Source: an uncultured Myxococcales bacterium (GTDB taxonomy: Bacteria; Myxococcota_A; UBA9042; DTJE01). From it: a DNA stretch of 64,000 nucleotides. Each line of letters begins with the position of its first letter. Position 1 is the stretch's first letter. The notes under the pieces were generated by a model. It did no database searches and had not been told where the DNA came from. It saw only the letters and a list, made by a program, of their open reading frames with translations. The stretch spans positions 30,346 through 94,345 of the forward strand of contig CAIZWN010000083.1 in the NCBI GenBank assembly GCA_903936705.1. Direction: 5' to 3'. A program made the position numbers and the translations under genes. Positions 25,962-35,739 of this stretch are shown piece by piece.

Positions 25962-28136
25962 GTGGTTGTCACCATCGATGATCTGATTCGCAAGGTGGAA
26001 GCCTACAATCCGGGCGCGAACCTGGATGTACTGCGTCGTGCCCACGACTGGGCCGATGCTGCGCATGGCGGGCAGGTGCGCCTTTCCGGAATCTCCAACA
26101 TCCAGCATGCGCTTGGGGTTGCCGACATCGTCGCGACATTGAGGCTGGACGTTGCCAGTTTGTGTGCCGCCCTGCTGCACGACGCCGGTGCCGACGACCC
26201 AGGTCGCGGCAAGGCGCTGGAAGATGCCTTCGGTCGCGAGATTGCCGTTATTGTCGAGGGCGTCAGAAAACTGCAGCGCTATCAGTTCACCTCCCGCCAG
26301 GAAAGCCAGGCCGAGAACTTCAAGAAGATGCTGGTCGCGATGTCGCGCGACATCCGGGTTCTGCTGGTCAAGCTGGCCGACCGTCTGCACGACATGAGGG
26401 ACCTGGAATATCTGCCCGTCGAACGCCAGCGCGAAATCTCGGAGGAAACGCTTCGAATCTACTCGCCCTTGGCCGAGCGCCTGGGAATATCGTGGATCCG
26501 CACCGAACTGGAGGATGTCGCTTTCCGGCTGCTGAACCCAGAGGACTATGCGTCCCTGAAGGAACAGTCTGAACTGCGCCTGAACGAGCGCGCGGACTTC
26601 ATTCGCGACGTCGTTGATACGATAACGGCGACCCTCGCCCGTGCCGGACTGAAGAATTTCGAGGTTTACGGGCGCCCGAAGAATCTCTACGGCATTTTCC
26701 GGAAGATGTGGGCGCAGGCCATCGACCTGGACCACGTCTATGATTTCGTGGCGTTCAGGGTGATCTGCAAGGAGGTTGCCGATTGCTGGCAGGTGCTGGG
26801 CCACGTTCACAATTTGTGGACGCCAATACCGGCAAGGTTCAAGGACTTCATAAACGTCCCCAAGGCTAACGGGTACCGCAGCCTTCACACCTCGGTATTC
26901 GGGCCGCGTGGCGAGCCCATGGAGATTCAGGTCCGTACGTTCGAGATGCACCGGGTGGCGGAATCCGGCATTGCCGCCCACTGGACCTACAAGGAGGGCG
27001 GCGCGGTCCAGATGAAGGACCAGGAGCGGTTCAACTGGGTGAAGCAGTTGATTGACTGGGCCAAGGAGGCCCGCAATCCCGGCGAGTTCATGGAATCTGT
27101 CCAGGGCACCTTGTTCGTGGACGAGATATTTGCGTTCACCCCGAAAGGGGACCTGCGCGTCCTTCCAGTCGGTGCTACCGCGCTGGACTTTGCTTACGAC
27201 ATCCACACCGAGGTGGGCCATACGTGCGTCGGGGCGCGGGTGAACAGTCGGCTGGTGCCGCTGGGCACGGCGTTGCACTCGGGCGACCTGGTCGAGATCA
27301 TGACGTCAAAGAACGGCCAGCCCAAGCGGGACTGGATGGCATTCCTGAAGACGTCAAAGGCGCTGAACCGGGTTCGCCAGTTCTTCCAGGCCGAGGAGCG
27401 AGCCCACGCCCAGGAGATCGGCCGGCAGATGCTGGAAAAGGAACTCAGGCGGGCCGGCACGAACCTGAAGAAGCTGTTCGACGGCGGGGAGGACGAGCGC
27501 AAGGTGCTGTCGCACTTCAAGTGCGGCGGGCCGGATGACGTCGTTCACGGGATCGCATCGGGACGAATCAAGGCATCGGATGTGGCGGAACTGCTGGTTC
27601 CGGACCTGGCTGCCGCGCTGCCCGAACCCGAGTTCATCGAGCGTGACCCCGCTCATCTGCGCGAGATCTTCAAGCATCGTTCCGAAGGCATTGCGGTGGA
27701 CGGCGTCGAGGACATGCTGCTGCACCTTGGGAAGTGCTGCAATCCGATTCCAGGGGACGACATTGTGGCCTTCGTGACGCGCGGGCGCGGGGTGACTATT
27801 CACGTTCGTTCGTGCCCGTCGGTGGGTGGCCTGGACCGCGAGCGCATGCTGGATGCGCACTGGGTGCGCGCGACCGGCGGCGTCTTCGGGGTGCCGGTGT
27901 CACTGTTCTGCGTGGACGAGCCGGGTGTGCTGGCCAAGGCTACAAAGGAGATAGGCGATCGGAAGGCGAACATCGCGTCGATCATGATGCGGACCTTGCC
28001 CGACAGCCAGACCGAGATCCGCATGGTGTTGCAGGTCGAGGACCAGAAACAGTTGGATGGCATCCTGCGCGCCCTGCGTCGCGTAAAGGGTGTCGAACAA
28101 GCCGATCGGTTGAGGCAGTCGGTCGGGGCAGATTGA
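25962..28136 (+). CDS. spoT: Bifunctional (p)ppGpp synthetase/hydrolase (Rel/SpoT family)
   Basis: HD hydrolase domain, RelA/SpoT synthetase domain, TGS and ACT-like C-terminus. GTG start. Confidence 0.8.
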   Translation: MVVTIDDLIRKVEAYNPGANLDVLRRAHDWADAAHGGQVRLSGISNIQHALGVADIVATLRLDVASLCAALLHDAGADDPGRGKALEDAFGREIAVIVEGVRKLQRYQFTSRQESQAENFKKMLVAMSRDIRVLLVKLADRLHDMRDLEYLPVERQREISEETLRIYSPLAERLGISWIRTELEDVAFRLLNPEDYASLKEQSELRLNERADFIRDVVDTITATLARAGLKNFEVYGRPKNLYGIFRKMWAQAIDLDHVYDFVAFRVICKEVADCWQVLGHVHNLWTPIPARFKDFINVPKANGYRSLHTSVFGPRGEPMEIQVRTFEMHRVAESGIAAHWTYKEGGAVQMKDQERFNWVKQLIDWAKEARNPGEFMESVQGTLFVDEIFAFTPKGDLRVLPVGATALDFAYDIHTEVGHTCVGARVNSRLVPLGTALHSGDLVEIMTSKNGQPKRDWMAFLKTSKALNRVRQFFQAEERAHAQEIGRQMLEKELRRAGTNLKKLFDGGEDERKVLSHFKCGGPDDVVHGIASGRIKASDVAELLVPDLAAALPEPEFIERDPAHLREIFKHRSEGIAVDGVEDMLLHLGKCCNPIPGDDIVAFVTRGRGVTIHVRSCPSVGGLDRERMLDAHWVRATGGVFGVPVSLFCVDEPGVLAKATKEIGDRKANIASIMMRTLPDSQTEIRMVLQVEDQKQLDGILRALRRVKGVEQADRLRQSVGAD

Positions 28137-28184
28137 TCCGCAGCTTTCAGGTACAATCCCCACGGTCCGCAAACGGGGCGACCC

Positions 28185-31010
28185 ATGAAGAGTCTGTTGG
28201 GCATCATGGTGTTTGTGGCGGTCTGCGTCGGGCTGGCCGCTTGCGGCGGGGGCAAAGGAGCCACTGGCGACGCCGGGATTGACTCGCAGGTCGTGTACGA
28301 CGATGGCGCGGACGACGGCATGGTCGCCTCGGATCTTGAACAGACCGATGAACCCACCCGTGACATCCTGCGTCTCGACGTGTCGTCGGAAGTCGAAGGC
28401 GGCGATATCGTGGAAGTTGCCCCGGGGGACGGTCAGGACTCCGATTCCACAGGGGTGGATTCGTGCGTCGGGCCTGCGTGTGTCCCGTGTCCCGACGACG
28501 GGCTGGTCTGCACCCGCGAACAACGCGATCCCGAGACCGGCGAGTGTGTTCCGGTCCTGCAGCCGGACTTTTGCCTGATCGATGGCCAGTGCTGGTTCAC
28601 CTTGCAGCCGTCGCCGCAGAACGACTGCCTGTTCTGTGTGCCTTCGAAGTCGATCGTTGCGTTTTCGCCATCGGGAGGCGATTTGCCGTGCGACGACGGC
28701 GACCTGTGCACGACAGGCGATTCGTGCGATGAAACGGGCAAATGCGTTGCTGGGGTTCCGACCGATTGCGAGGATGACAACATCTGCACGCTGGATCGCT
28801 GCGACCCCGGGGTCGGATGCGTCTACACCAACTACGACAGCGAATGCGACGACCACGATGCATGCACCTATAACGACCAGTGCAGGAACCGGCAATGCGT
28901 CGGCACCCAGATCTCGTGCAGCACCAGCAACTTCTGCATGACGGCATCGTGCGATCCTGCGCTGGGGTGCCAGATCGTTCCCAATACCCTTCCCTGTACC
29001 GACAGCAATGTCTGCACCGAGAATGACGTCTGCGTTGACGGGGAGTGTATAGGTGCAAGAATCGCTTGTGATGACGAGGACCCCTGCACGGTTGATTCGT
29101 GCTTCGACGGCCCGAGTGGAGGTTGTCTGCATCAGGCGATGGCTGGAATCGATTGCGACGACGGGAACGAGTGTACCGTGAACGACTACTGCACCAGGCC
29201 GGTCGGGCAGACCGATCCCGTCTGCGTCGGCTATGAAAGAACGTGCGATGACCAGATTCCCTGTACTCTCGATACATGCGACAACGTAATCGGCTGTGTT
29301 TTCACGCCCTACGTGCCGGCCCAGAATCCGTGCTTCGACCTTCCGTGCGTCATTGGAATGGCCTGCGTGGACGGGAGTTGCCAGGGCAGGCCGAACCCAT
29401 GCAGCGATCCCAACCCGTGCACTCTGGACCGGTGTGATGAGGTTTTCGGCTGCCGCCACGATGCCACCAGCGGCGCTTGTGACGACGGTAACGCTTGCAC
29501 CACTGGCGAGACCTGCCTTACAGGTTTCTGCGCGCCACCGGATGGGTCGCTTGGCAGGACCGACTGCAACGACCACAACGAATGCACTGCCGACAACTGC
29601 CTTCCCTCGGTCGGATGCCTGCACACTCCGACTTCCGGCAGTATCTGCCTGCACTCGGACCCTTGCAGTAGGGCGTCGGCTTGCCAGGAAGGCGTGTGCG
29701 TCAGCACGGAGTACGTGAATTGCGACGATCACAATTTGTGCACCATCGACTCTTGCGACCAGACCGGCCAATGCACCTACGTGGCAGATGAGGGTGCCCC
29801 GTGTTCCGACGGGAACGCCTGCACCATCGATGCGTGCGGCTCTGACGGGATGTGCCATTCTGTGCCGAACATCGGGGGAGAGTGCGACGACGGGAATGCG
29901 TGCACCCTGGGCGAGAAGTGCTCCAGTGAGGGGCTTTGCGGAGGCGGCACGGCGCTGCAATGCAATGATGCCAACGTATGTACCTCCGACCGGTGCGACA
30001 CGAAGGTCGGATGCCTGCACACGCCGGTTACCGGAAGTTGCGACGACGGCAATGTGTGCACTGCCCCGGACACGTGCTACAACACGAAGTGCGTTGGCAA
30101 GCCGATTACGTGCAATGACTTCAACCTCTGTACCGACAACCTGTGCGATACGAACACCGGCTGCTACTACCCGCCGAACAGCCTGGATTGCGATGACGGA
30201 GAACCCTGCACCTCCGACGACATGTGCGTTTCCGGGAAATGCCTGGGAGTGCCGAATTTCGAGGATCCGTCCGTAAAGGCTGGAAAACTGTCGCTTGGGC
30301 AGTCGGGCAATCCGGGCCAGGGCGTCGACGTCGACGGCCTGGAATTGACGTGCGCGCCCAAGGGAAAGTGCGTCAGCGGGATCGACAACGCGTTTGCTCC
30401 TTTGGCATGGCTGTTCAACCCGCAGATAGTCGCTGCGAATGCGGCCGGGACACTTGCCCTGCTGGTCGAGGCGGAAATTCCGACCCCGACAAGCGGTACG
30501 TTCCGCGTCAATCTGTACTGGGGCGAGCGGGCGGCGCCTGTCTCGTGCGACCCGACGGTTGCGGGGTGCAACTACAACATCCCCCTGGACGAATTGCAGC
30601 CGGTGTGCGAGCCGGTTCATGCGCTGGACAATGCCAAGCTGACGGGATCAAAGCTGGTGGCTGGCGGCAAGGACTATGATTTCCCGGTGTTCCTGGTTTT
30701 CGGTCCGCGATTGTTGCCGCTGACCTTACAGTGGGCCAAGTTGCAGGCCACCGTCACCCTGACCAACGGACACGTCACCTCGGGCGCGGGCGCGCTTGGA
30801 GGGGCTATCAAGGCGCAATCGATTCTGGACGGCGTTGCGGCTATTCCTCTGAACCAGTTCCCGTACCCTTTAAGCCGGGAAATCGTGCTGCTGTATTTGA
30901 ACATCGACCTGAAGCCTGATCTGGACGTTGACGGCGACGGCATCAAGGAGTCTGTCTCCATTGGCTGGCCGGTAACTCTTGTCTCGGCCCATATTTCCGC
31001 GCAATTATAG
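28185..31010 (+). CDS. 941-aa lipoprotein made of about 18 tandem Myxococcus-type cysteine-rich repeats plus a C-terminal beta-rich domain
   Basis: Lipobox LAACGGG. The unit C-x-D-x-N-x-C-T-x-D-x-C-D-x3-G-C recurs from about residue 140 to 690. Confidence 0.7.
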   Translation: MKSLLGIMVFVAVCVGLAACGGGKGATGDAGIDSQVVYDDGADDGMVASDLEQTDEPTRDILRLDVSSEVEGGDIVEVAPGDGQDSDSTGVDSCVGPACVPCPDDGLVCTREQRDPETGECVPVLQPDFCLIDGQCWFTLQPSPQNDCLFCVPSKSIVAFSPSGGDLPCDDGDLCTTGDSCDETGKCVAGVPTDCEDDNICTLDRCDPGVGCVYTNYDSECDDHDACTYNDQCRNRQCVGTQISCSTSNFCMTASCDPALGCQIVPNTLPCTDSNVCTENDVCVDGECIGARIACDDEDPCTVDSCFDGPSGGCLHQAMAGIDCDDGNECTVNDYCTRPVGQTDPVCVGYERTCDDQIPCTLDTCDNVIGCVFTPYVPAQNPCFDLPCVIGMACVDGSCQGRPNPCSDPNPCTLDRCDEVFGCRHDATSGACDDGNACTTGETCLTGFCAPPDGSLGRTDCNDHNECTADNCLPSVGCLHTPTSGSICLHSDPCSRASACQEGVCVSTEYVNCDDHNLCTIDSCDQTGQCTYVADEGAPCSDGNACTIDACGSDGMCHSVPNIGGECDDGNACTLGEKCSSEGLCGGGTALQCNDANVCTSDRCDTKVGCLHTPVTGSCDDGNVCTAPDTCYNTKCVGKPITCNDFNLCTDNLCDTNTGCYYPPNSLDCDDGEPCTSDDMCVSGKCLGVPNFEDPSVKAGKLSLGQSGNPGQGVDVDGLELTCAPKGKCVSGIDNAFAPLAWLFNPQIVAANAAGTLALLVEAEIPTPTSGTFRVNLYWGERAAPVSCDPTVAGCNYNIPLDELQPVCEPVHALDNAKLTGSKLVAGGKDYDFPVFLVFGPRLLPLTLQWAKLQATVTLTNGHVTSGAGALGGAIKAQSILDGVAAIPLNQFPYPLSREIVLLYLNIDLKPDLDVDGDGIKESVSIGWPVTLVSAHISAQL
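28600..30250 (+). repeat. Coding tandem repeat array (about 105-120 nt period) encoding the Cys-rich repeats
   Basis: Recurrent tgcgacgacggcaa/tgcac...gaccgctgcga motifs throughout. Confidence 0.6.
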
Positions 31011-31137
31011 GCCTCGCCTGCCCCGGGGGTTTCCTGGCGATTGACAGTCGATCGGCTTGGTGGCACACTGCGCCGCCATGTGGGGTGCCGGGTTTTTTCC
31101 CGACGCCGCGAGTTCCTATTCGCAACAAGGCCGACAA

Positions 31138-31403
31138 TGAACCGGTTCCTGCGTGGAATTGTGTTAGCGGCGTTCGCGGTGGCATCGATGCCCCTCGGCG
31201 CTGCCTCCCAGAACCCTCGTCCTGACTATGGCGTCTATTGTGTCCAGGGGCGTCTGGTCGTCGAACAGAAGCACATCGAGGAACTCAAGCGTGCATTCGG
31301 CGAGGACGTTTGTCGGCTGGACCAGGACCCCAGTCCTGCCGGCGCCAGGGAAAAGGTTGTGCGCATGGGTGGGGTCGGCGCCGAGTGTTCCTGCTCGATA
31401 TAG
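31138..31403 (+). CDS. Small secreted protein (88 aa, 4 Cys)
   Basis: Signal peptide MNRFLRGIVLAAFAVASMPLGAAS. Confidence 0.35.
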
Positions 31404-31471
31404 ATTGTCACCACGAAATTCGGCGTGGCTTTTCCAGCCTTTGTACTTCCGCAGAAAATCATTGGTCAGAG

Positions 31472-32095
31472 TCAGGGGGTGTTCGCGCCTTCCTTCTTGT
31501 GGGCAGCGTCGTTATCGGCGCCTCCAAGAATGGTGGCGTTTGCGTGCACGGTTGCCAGATTCTCACGCAGTGTCCCAACCCACGGCAGCTCCTTGGCAGG
31601 GGCCAGAAAGATCGCAGTACGCCAGGCCCCTGCTGCGTCGGACATCAACTCCAGGGTTTCACCCGACTCCAGAACCAGGGTTGCCTTGGCCCCCGACATT
31701 TCGACCCTGACAATGTTGCGGGCCGAGGGATCCTGCGGGGCCTGCAGGCGTCGCGGGTCCAGAAAGTGCCCGAACAGTGTGGCGCCGGTTGTGTTCGCCC
31801 CGACGAAATCACCGGCAATCGCCCGTCGTGCGGCAGGTCGGGCCGCCTCGGGCCAGTGAGCGTCGATATCGGCGATGCCCTCGCGGGTTTCACGTGCCAG
31901 TTCGTCGAAGAACACATGCGTTTCGTCGTCGGCCAGCGCCCACAGTTGGTTGGGATCCGCTCGATCCAGGCCCTCCAGGAAATTCTGGAAGGCAGCGCGA
32001 ACGGCCTTTTCTTCGGATGACGGGCCGCAGGCCGCCGCCGGGACCAGCAAGGCACCCAGCAGACACGAGATCAGGATTGTCGTCCTGCGTTTCAT
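31472..32095 (-). CDS. Lipoprotein of unknown function
   Basis: MKRRTTILISCLLGALLVPAAACG lipobox. The ORF extends to 32311 but the upstream part appears non-coding. Confidence 0.4.
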   Translation of the reverse strand: MKRRTTILISCLLGALLVPAAACGPSSEEKAVRAAFQNFLEGLDRADPNQLWALADDETHVFFDELARETREGIADIDAHWPEAARPAARRAIAGDFVGANTTGATLFGHFLDPRRLQAPQDPSARNIVRVEMSGAKATLVLESGETLELMSDAAGAWRTAIFLAPAKELPWVGTLRENLATVHANATILGGADNDAAHKKEGANTP

Positions 32096-32174
32096 CGGCG
32101 GTATTCTAGAACTCCAGGGGCTTTTGGTCCAGTCGAGTGCCAGTCTGGCAGGATGTCGATGGCGACAACGTTTT

Positions 32175-33521
32175 CTAGCGGATGATTCGCAGGCGTGACG
32201 GTGCGCCTGCCTCCTTGGGTGTGGTGGCTGCAGGCCGCGGTCTTGCTGCGGCGGTAGATCCGGGTTGCTCGTCGTCCAGCGAATTTCCGATGGCGTCCAG
32301 GTCGCAGTCAAGCCCGTACGCCTCCAGAATGCGCGAAACCTCGCCGAAATTGCGTTCGAGATCCTGGCGGACCGAGTTGAACCCGTTGGTCGCTGCCTCG
32401 TTTCTGTTCCAGAAAGCCAGCGGATTTATCGAGAAGAACTGCGCGTCGGTCTCGGTAGGCTCGATCAGGATGACATCGCCTTTGAAAGATGGATCCAGCC
32501 GCAGCTTCTTCAAACCTGCAGTCAGGCGCGTGTGAACCATGGTCCGGACCGTCTGGTTCAGGACCGTGCCCAGGCCAAGGTCGGACAGGCTGGAGGCGGT
32601 TGGAACCAGTTGATATCGGTTTCGGTTCATGAACGGCCTGAACGGGTTGTAGATGATGATCAGGTCGGCGCCCCGGTTCACCGCCAGGCTGGCGTTGGCC
32701 GTCTTGCGGACCATGGCGTCCAGGTAGTCCTCGCCGTGGATCCTTGGCGGGACGTAAAACCCAGGGATTGCGGTCGAGGCCTGGACAGCCTGGGAGATGG
32801 AGGCCGTTGGATCGGCGTCGTATCCGAAGACGACGCCTTTTGCAGTGTTCAGGTTGGTGGCGACGATGTACAGGGCGCTGTTGCGCTCGCGATGAAGCAT
32901 CCGGAAGTCGTTGGGAATCCCGCTCAGCGCCAGGTTCTCGCGGACATAGCGTTCGATTCTGGAATTGTCGAAAATGCCCGACGGAACATACGTGCCGGCG
33001 TGGGGCAGGGGAGTGGCGTTCAGCAGTTCGGACACGAACGGGCCGATGACCTTCTCGGCCGACCCATAGCTGGGATGCAGCAGTGCTTCGGCGATCCGTT
33101 TCCCGATTACCTCGCGGTTTGCCGAAACGTGGCTGATCGCCGCCTTGATGACGCGCGGCCAGACGCGAACCGCATCCTTGCCCAGACGTCCCGCGCGGTC
33201 AGCGAACTCGCCGAATGCTGGCCAGTAGAAATCGTAGAACTTGAACTGGTTGAAGCGAGTCGACGTTCCGTTCAGGGCTTTCAACATCTCGTCCGGAGGC
33301 ACGCCTCCTGCCAGGAAGCATCCGATGAAGGCACCCGCCGACAGGCAGACATAGATGTCGAACTCGGTTACCTTTCGGTTCCGGATGAAACGGTTCAAGG
33401 CGATCAGGCCGCCCAACTTGAACGTACCGCCCGAGATGGCGCCGCCCGCCAGCACCAGCGCAATTTTCGGGTTCTTGCGCGGCTTTGACAGGTCACTCTT
33501 CTGCAAAATCGTCAGGCTCAT
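32175..33521 (-). CDS. Patatin-like phospholipase
   Basis: GGxxxG oxyanion motif LAGGAISGG. The serine-motif region reads CLSAG (G-x-S-x-G variant). Strong RBS GAGGAGG. Confidence 0.55.
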   Translation of the reverse strand: MSLTILQKSDLSKPRKNPKIALVLAGGAISGGTFKLGGLIALNRFIRNRKVTEFDIYVCLSAGAFIGCFLAGGVPPDEMLKALNGTSTRFNQFKFYDFYWPAFGEFADRAGRLGKDAVRVWPRVIKAAISHVSANREVIGKRIAEALLHPSYGSAEKVIGPFVSELLNATPLPHAGTYVPSGIFDNSRIERYVRENLALSGIPNDFRMLHRERNSALYIVATNLNTAKGVVFGYDADPTASISQAVQASTAIPGFYVPPRIHGEDYLDAMVRKTANASLAVNRGADLIIIYNPFRPFMNRNRYQLVPTASSLSDLGLGTVLNQTVRTMVHTRLTAGLKKLRLDPSFKGDVILIEPTETDAQFFSINPLAFWNRNEAATNGFNSVRQDLERNFGEVSRILEAYGLDCDLDAIGNSLDDEQPGSTAAARPRPAATTPKEAGAPSRLRIIR

Positions 33522-33612
33522 CGGACCTCCTCGACGTCCCATTCTAGTCTTCGACTGCCGCAGTCGCCAGTTCGCGTTCAAGGCGTCCTATAATCCCCTG
33601 GGTTCACCGGAG

Positions 33613-34533
33613 ATGTTCATGCGCAAGCCGCGTCCCATGGTCCCGGGTTCGATAGTGCGACTGGCGGCGACCAGCGGCCCGGTGCCGGCCGACCGTTTTG
33701 CCGTTGGCGTTCAGGTGCTTGAGGGATGGGGGCTGGTGCCACGGTGGGAACCTCGTCTGTTCGACAGGCACGGATATCTTGCGGGCTCGGACGAGGCGCG
33801 GGCCAACGAACTGGTCGAGGCCTTTACCAGTGAAGGCGTTGATGGCGTGATTGCGGCCCGCGGTGGCTATGGTGCGATGCGATTGCTGGATTCGTTGGTC
33901 GGTAGGGGCGCAAGCTTGCCGGCCAGGCTGTTCCTGGGATTTTCCGATCTGACGGCCCTTCATCTGCATTTCATGGGCGTCGGTGACCTGGTGACGTTTC
34001 ATGGGGCCAATGTCACCACGCTTTCGCAGCTTGACCAGGAATCCAAGGATCGCACCCGCAATGCGCTGATGGGTCTGCATCGCCAGACGAACTTCAGCTG
34101 GGATGGCCTGCGGCCGGTCGCATCCGGTCGGGCTGCCGGGAGGATGGTTGCAGCAAACCTGTCGCTGCTTGGGGCGATGATGGGAACGCGGTTCGCGCCG
34201 AAGCTGGCCGGTTCAATCCTCCTGCTGGAGGACGTCGGCGAGCCGGTCTATCGGCTGGACCGGTTGCTGACACAGATTGCGTTGGCTGTCGAGGCGGCCG
34301 GGATAGCTGGCGTTGTAATTGGGGATCTTGGTGTCCCAGCCGCCGAGAATGCCCAACTGGAAGCGGTTCTGCAGCTTTTCGCACGGGCGATCGGGCGACC
34401 TGTCGTCACCGGTTTTCCTGCGGGACACGGCACCCGCCTGCACCCGGTTCCCGAGGGTGTTCGCGCCGAACTTGATGCGGATCAAGGCATCCTTCGTGTG
34501 ATTGAGGACCCTTACGAGGATTCGAATGCCTGA
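33613..34533 (+). CDS. ldcA: LD-carboxypeptidase (S66 family)
   Basis: GFSDLTALH motif containing the catalytic Ser, with overall LdcA architecture. Confidence 0.6.
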   Translation: MFMRKPRPMVPGSIVRLAATSGPVPADRFAVGVQVLEGWGLVPRWEPRLFDRHGYLAGSDEARANELVEAFTSEGVDGVIAARGGYGAMRLLDSLVGRGASLPARLFLGFSDLTALHLHFMGVGDLVTFHGANVTTLSQLDQESKDRTRNALMGLHRQTNFSWDGLRPVASGRAAGRMVAANLSLLGAMMGTRFAPKLAGSILLLEDVGEPVYRLDRLLTQIALAVEAAGIAGVVIGDLGVPAAENAQLEAVLQLFARAIGRPVVTGFPAGHGTRLHPVPEGVRAELDADQGILRVIEDPYEDSNA

Positions 34534-35683
34534 TTCTTTCGAAAAGGTAAGGGAGATTCTGGCCGCCGGCGTGGGGTCAGTTTTTTCCGGTGCGGTGCTT
34601 GGATGCTGGCGTAATGGGCAGCAGGCATTCCTGGGTTCGGCGGGGACGACGGCGTTCCACGATGTGACTGCCTTACCGGGGCATCCTGTCGTGGTTGCGT
34701 CGGTCCAGCCGGACACGGTATTCGACCTGGCATCTCTTACGAAGCCGCTGGCTACGCTTCCCGTTCTGCTGTCGCTGGGCGCATCGGGGCACCTGGATCT
34801 CGACGGTTCAATCGGCGCCAGATTGCCGGTTGTTCGAGGCACTTCGTGGGAGACGGTGACCACTATCCAGCTGTTGGCGCACGTCTCGGGCATGCCGGCC
34901 TGGTATCCGTTTGCGGCCGAACTTTTGGCCGCGCAGGGAGAGATCGTCGCTGGGACAACGCAGGCGCGGGATTGGGTCTTGTCCCGTATTGCCAGCCTCC
35001 CGGCCGCATCCAACCCGGGTTCCGTCTGCACTTACAGTGACCCTGGGTTCATCCTTCTGGCCGCCCTGGCCGAGGCGGCTGGTGGGACCACCTTAGACAG
35101 GCTGTTCGCCCAGCGTGTCGCCTTACCTCTGGGCCTTCGCCAGACGTTCTTCGTTCGGCACGTGTCCGGCCAGGCCGAGGTGGCCCCGGTTCCGCAGTCG
35201 AGGATCGCGGCGACCGAAATCTGCCCGACCCGCCGACGCTGCCTTCAGGGCGAGGTTCACGACGACAACGCCTGGGTCCTGGGAGGCGTTTCGGGTCATG
35301 CCGGCCTTTTTTCGACGGCAGGGGAGGTTGCCAGGATCTGCCTTGCGCTGCGCGACGCCTGGCTGGGCGATCAGCGTTTTCTTTTGCCGGCGCTGGCCCG
35401 ACGCGCGCTGTCATGCGAGGCTACTCCGCCAGGTTCCACTCGTCGGATTGGCCTTGATACTCCGTCACCACATGGTTCGATGGCTGGTGACCTTGCCCCG
35501 ACCGGCACCGTGGGGCATCTGGGCTTTACAGGGACTTCGTTCTGGATGGACCCTGGGACCGGCAATCTTGTGGTTCTGCTGACGAACCGCGTTCACCCAG
35601 AACGTGCTCGGATCGGGATACAAGCGTTCAGGCCTCTGCTGCACGACGCTTGCTGGCAAGCGCTGAATGATGCAGTTCGTTAA
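34526..35683 (+). CDS. Beta-lactamase-family serine hydrolase
   Basis: SxxK motif SLTK near the N-terminus, followed by Y-x-N-like elements. Confidence 0.5.
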   Translation: MPDSFEKVREILAAGVGSVFSGAVLGCWRNGQQAFLGSAGTTAFHDVTALPGHPVVVASVQPDTVFDLASLTKPLATLPVLLSLGASGHLDLDGSIGARLPVVRGTSWETVTTIQLLAHVSGMPAWYPFAAELLAAQGEIVAGTTQARDWVLSRIASLPAASNPGSVCTYSDPGFILLAALAEAAGGTTLDRLFAQRVALPLGLRQTFFVRHVSGQAEVAPVPQSRIAATEICPTRRRCLQGEVHDDNAWVLGGVSGHAGLFSTAGEVARICLALRDAWLGDQRFLLPALARRALSCEATPPGSTRRIGLDTPSPHGSMAGDLAPTGTVGHLGFTGTSFWMDPGTGNLVVLLTNRVHPERARIGIQAFRPLLHDACWQALNDAVR

Positions 35684-35739
35684 CCCTTTTGCCAGCACTC
35701 TGCTAGTCTTGATGCGCGTATCCGGAGGTTGCAGCCCGC

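Noticed and set aside
28600-30250. Possible CRISPR or other DNA repeat array suggested by periodic sequence
   Set aside because: The repeats are imperfect, in-frame and encode the Cys-rich protein repeats. There are no short identical direct repeats with unique spacers.
27900-30620. 906-aa minus-strand ORF
   Set aside because: Antisense to relA/spoT and to the Cys-rich repeat gene, both of which have strong family signatures. The translation has no motifs and an Arg/Ala/Val-rich composition.
31404-31445. Short hairpin CACCACG-aaattcgg-CGTGG followed by CTTTTCC between convergent genes, considered as a bidirectional terminator
   Set aside because: The stem is only 5-7 bp and the U-tract is weak. 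The evidence is insufficient to call a terminator.
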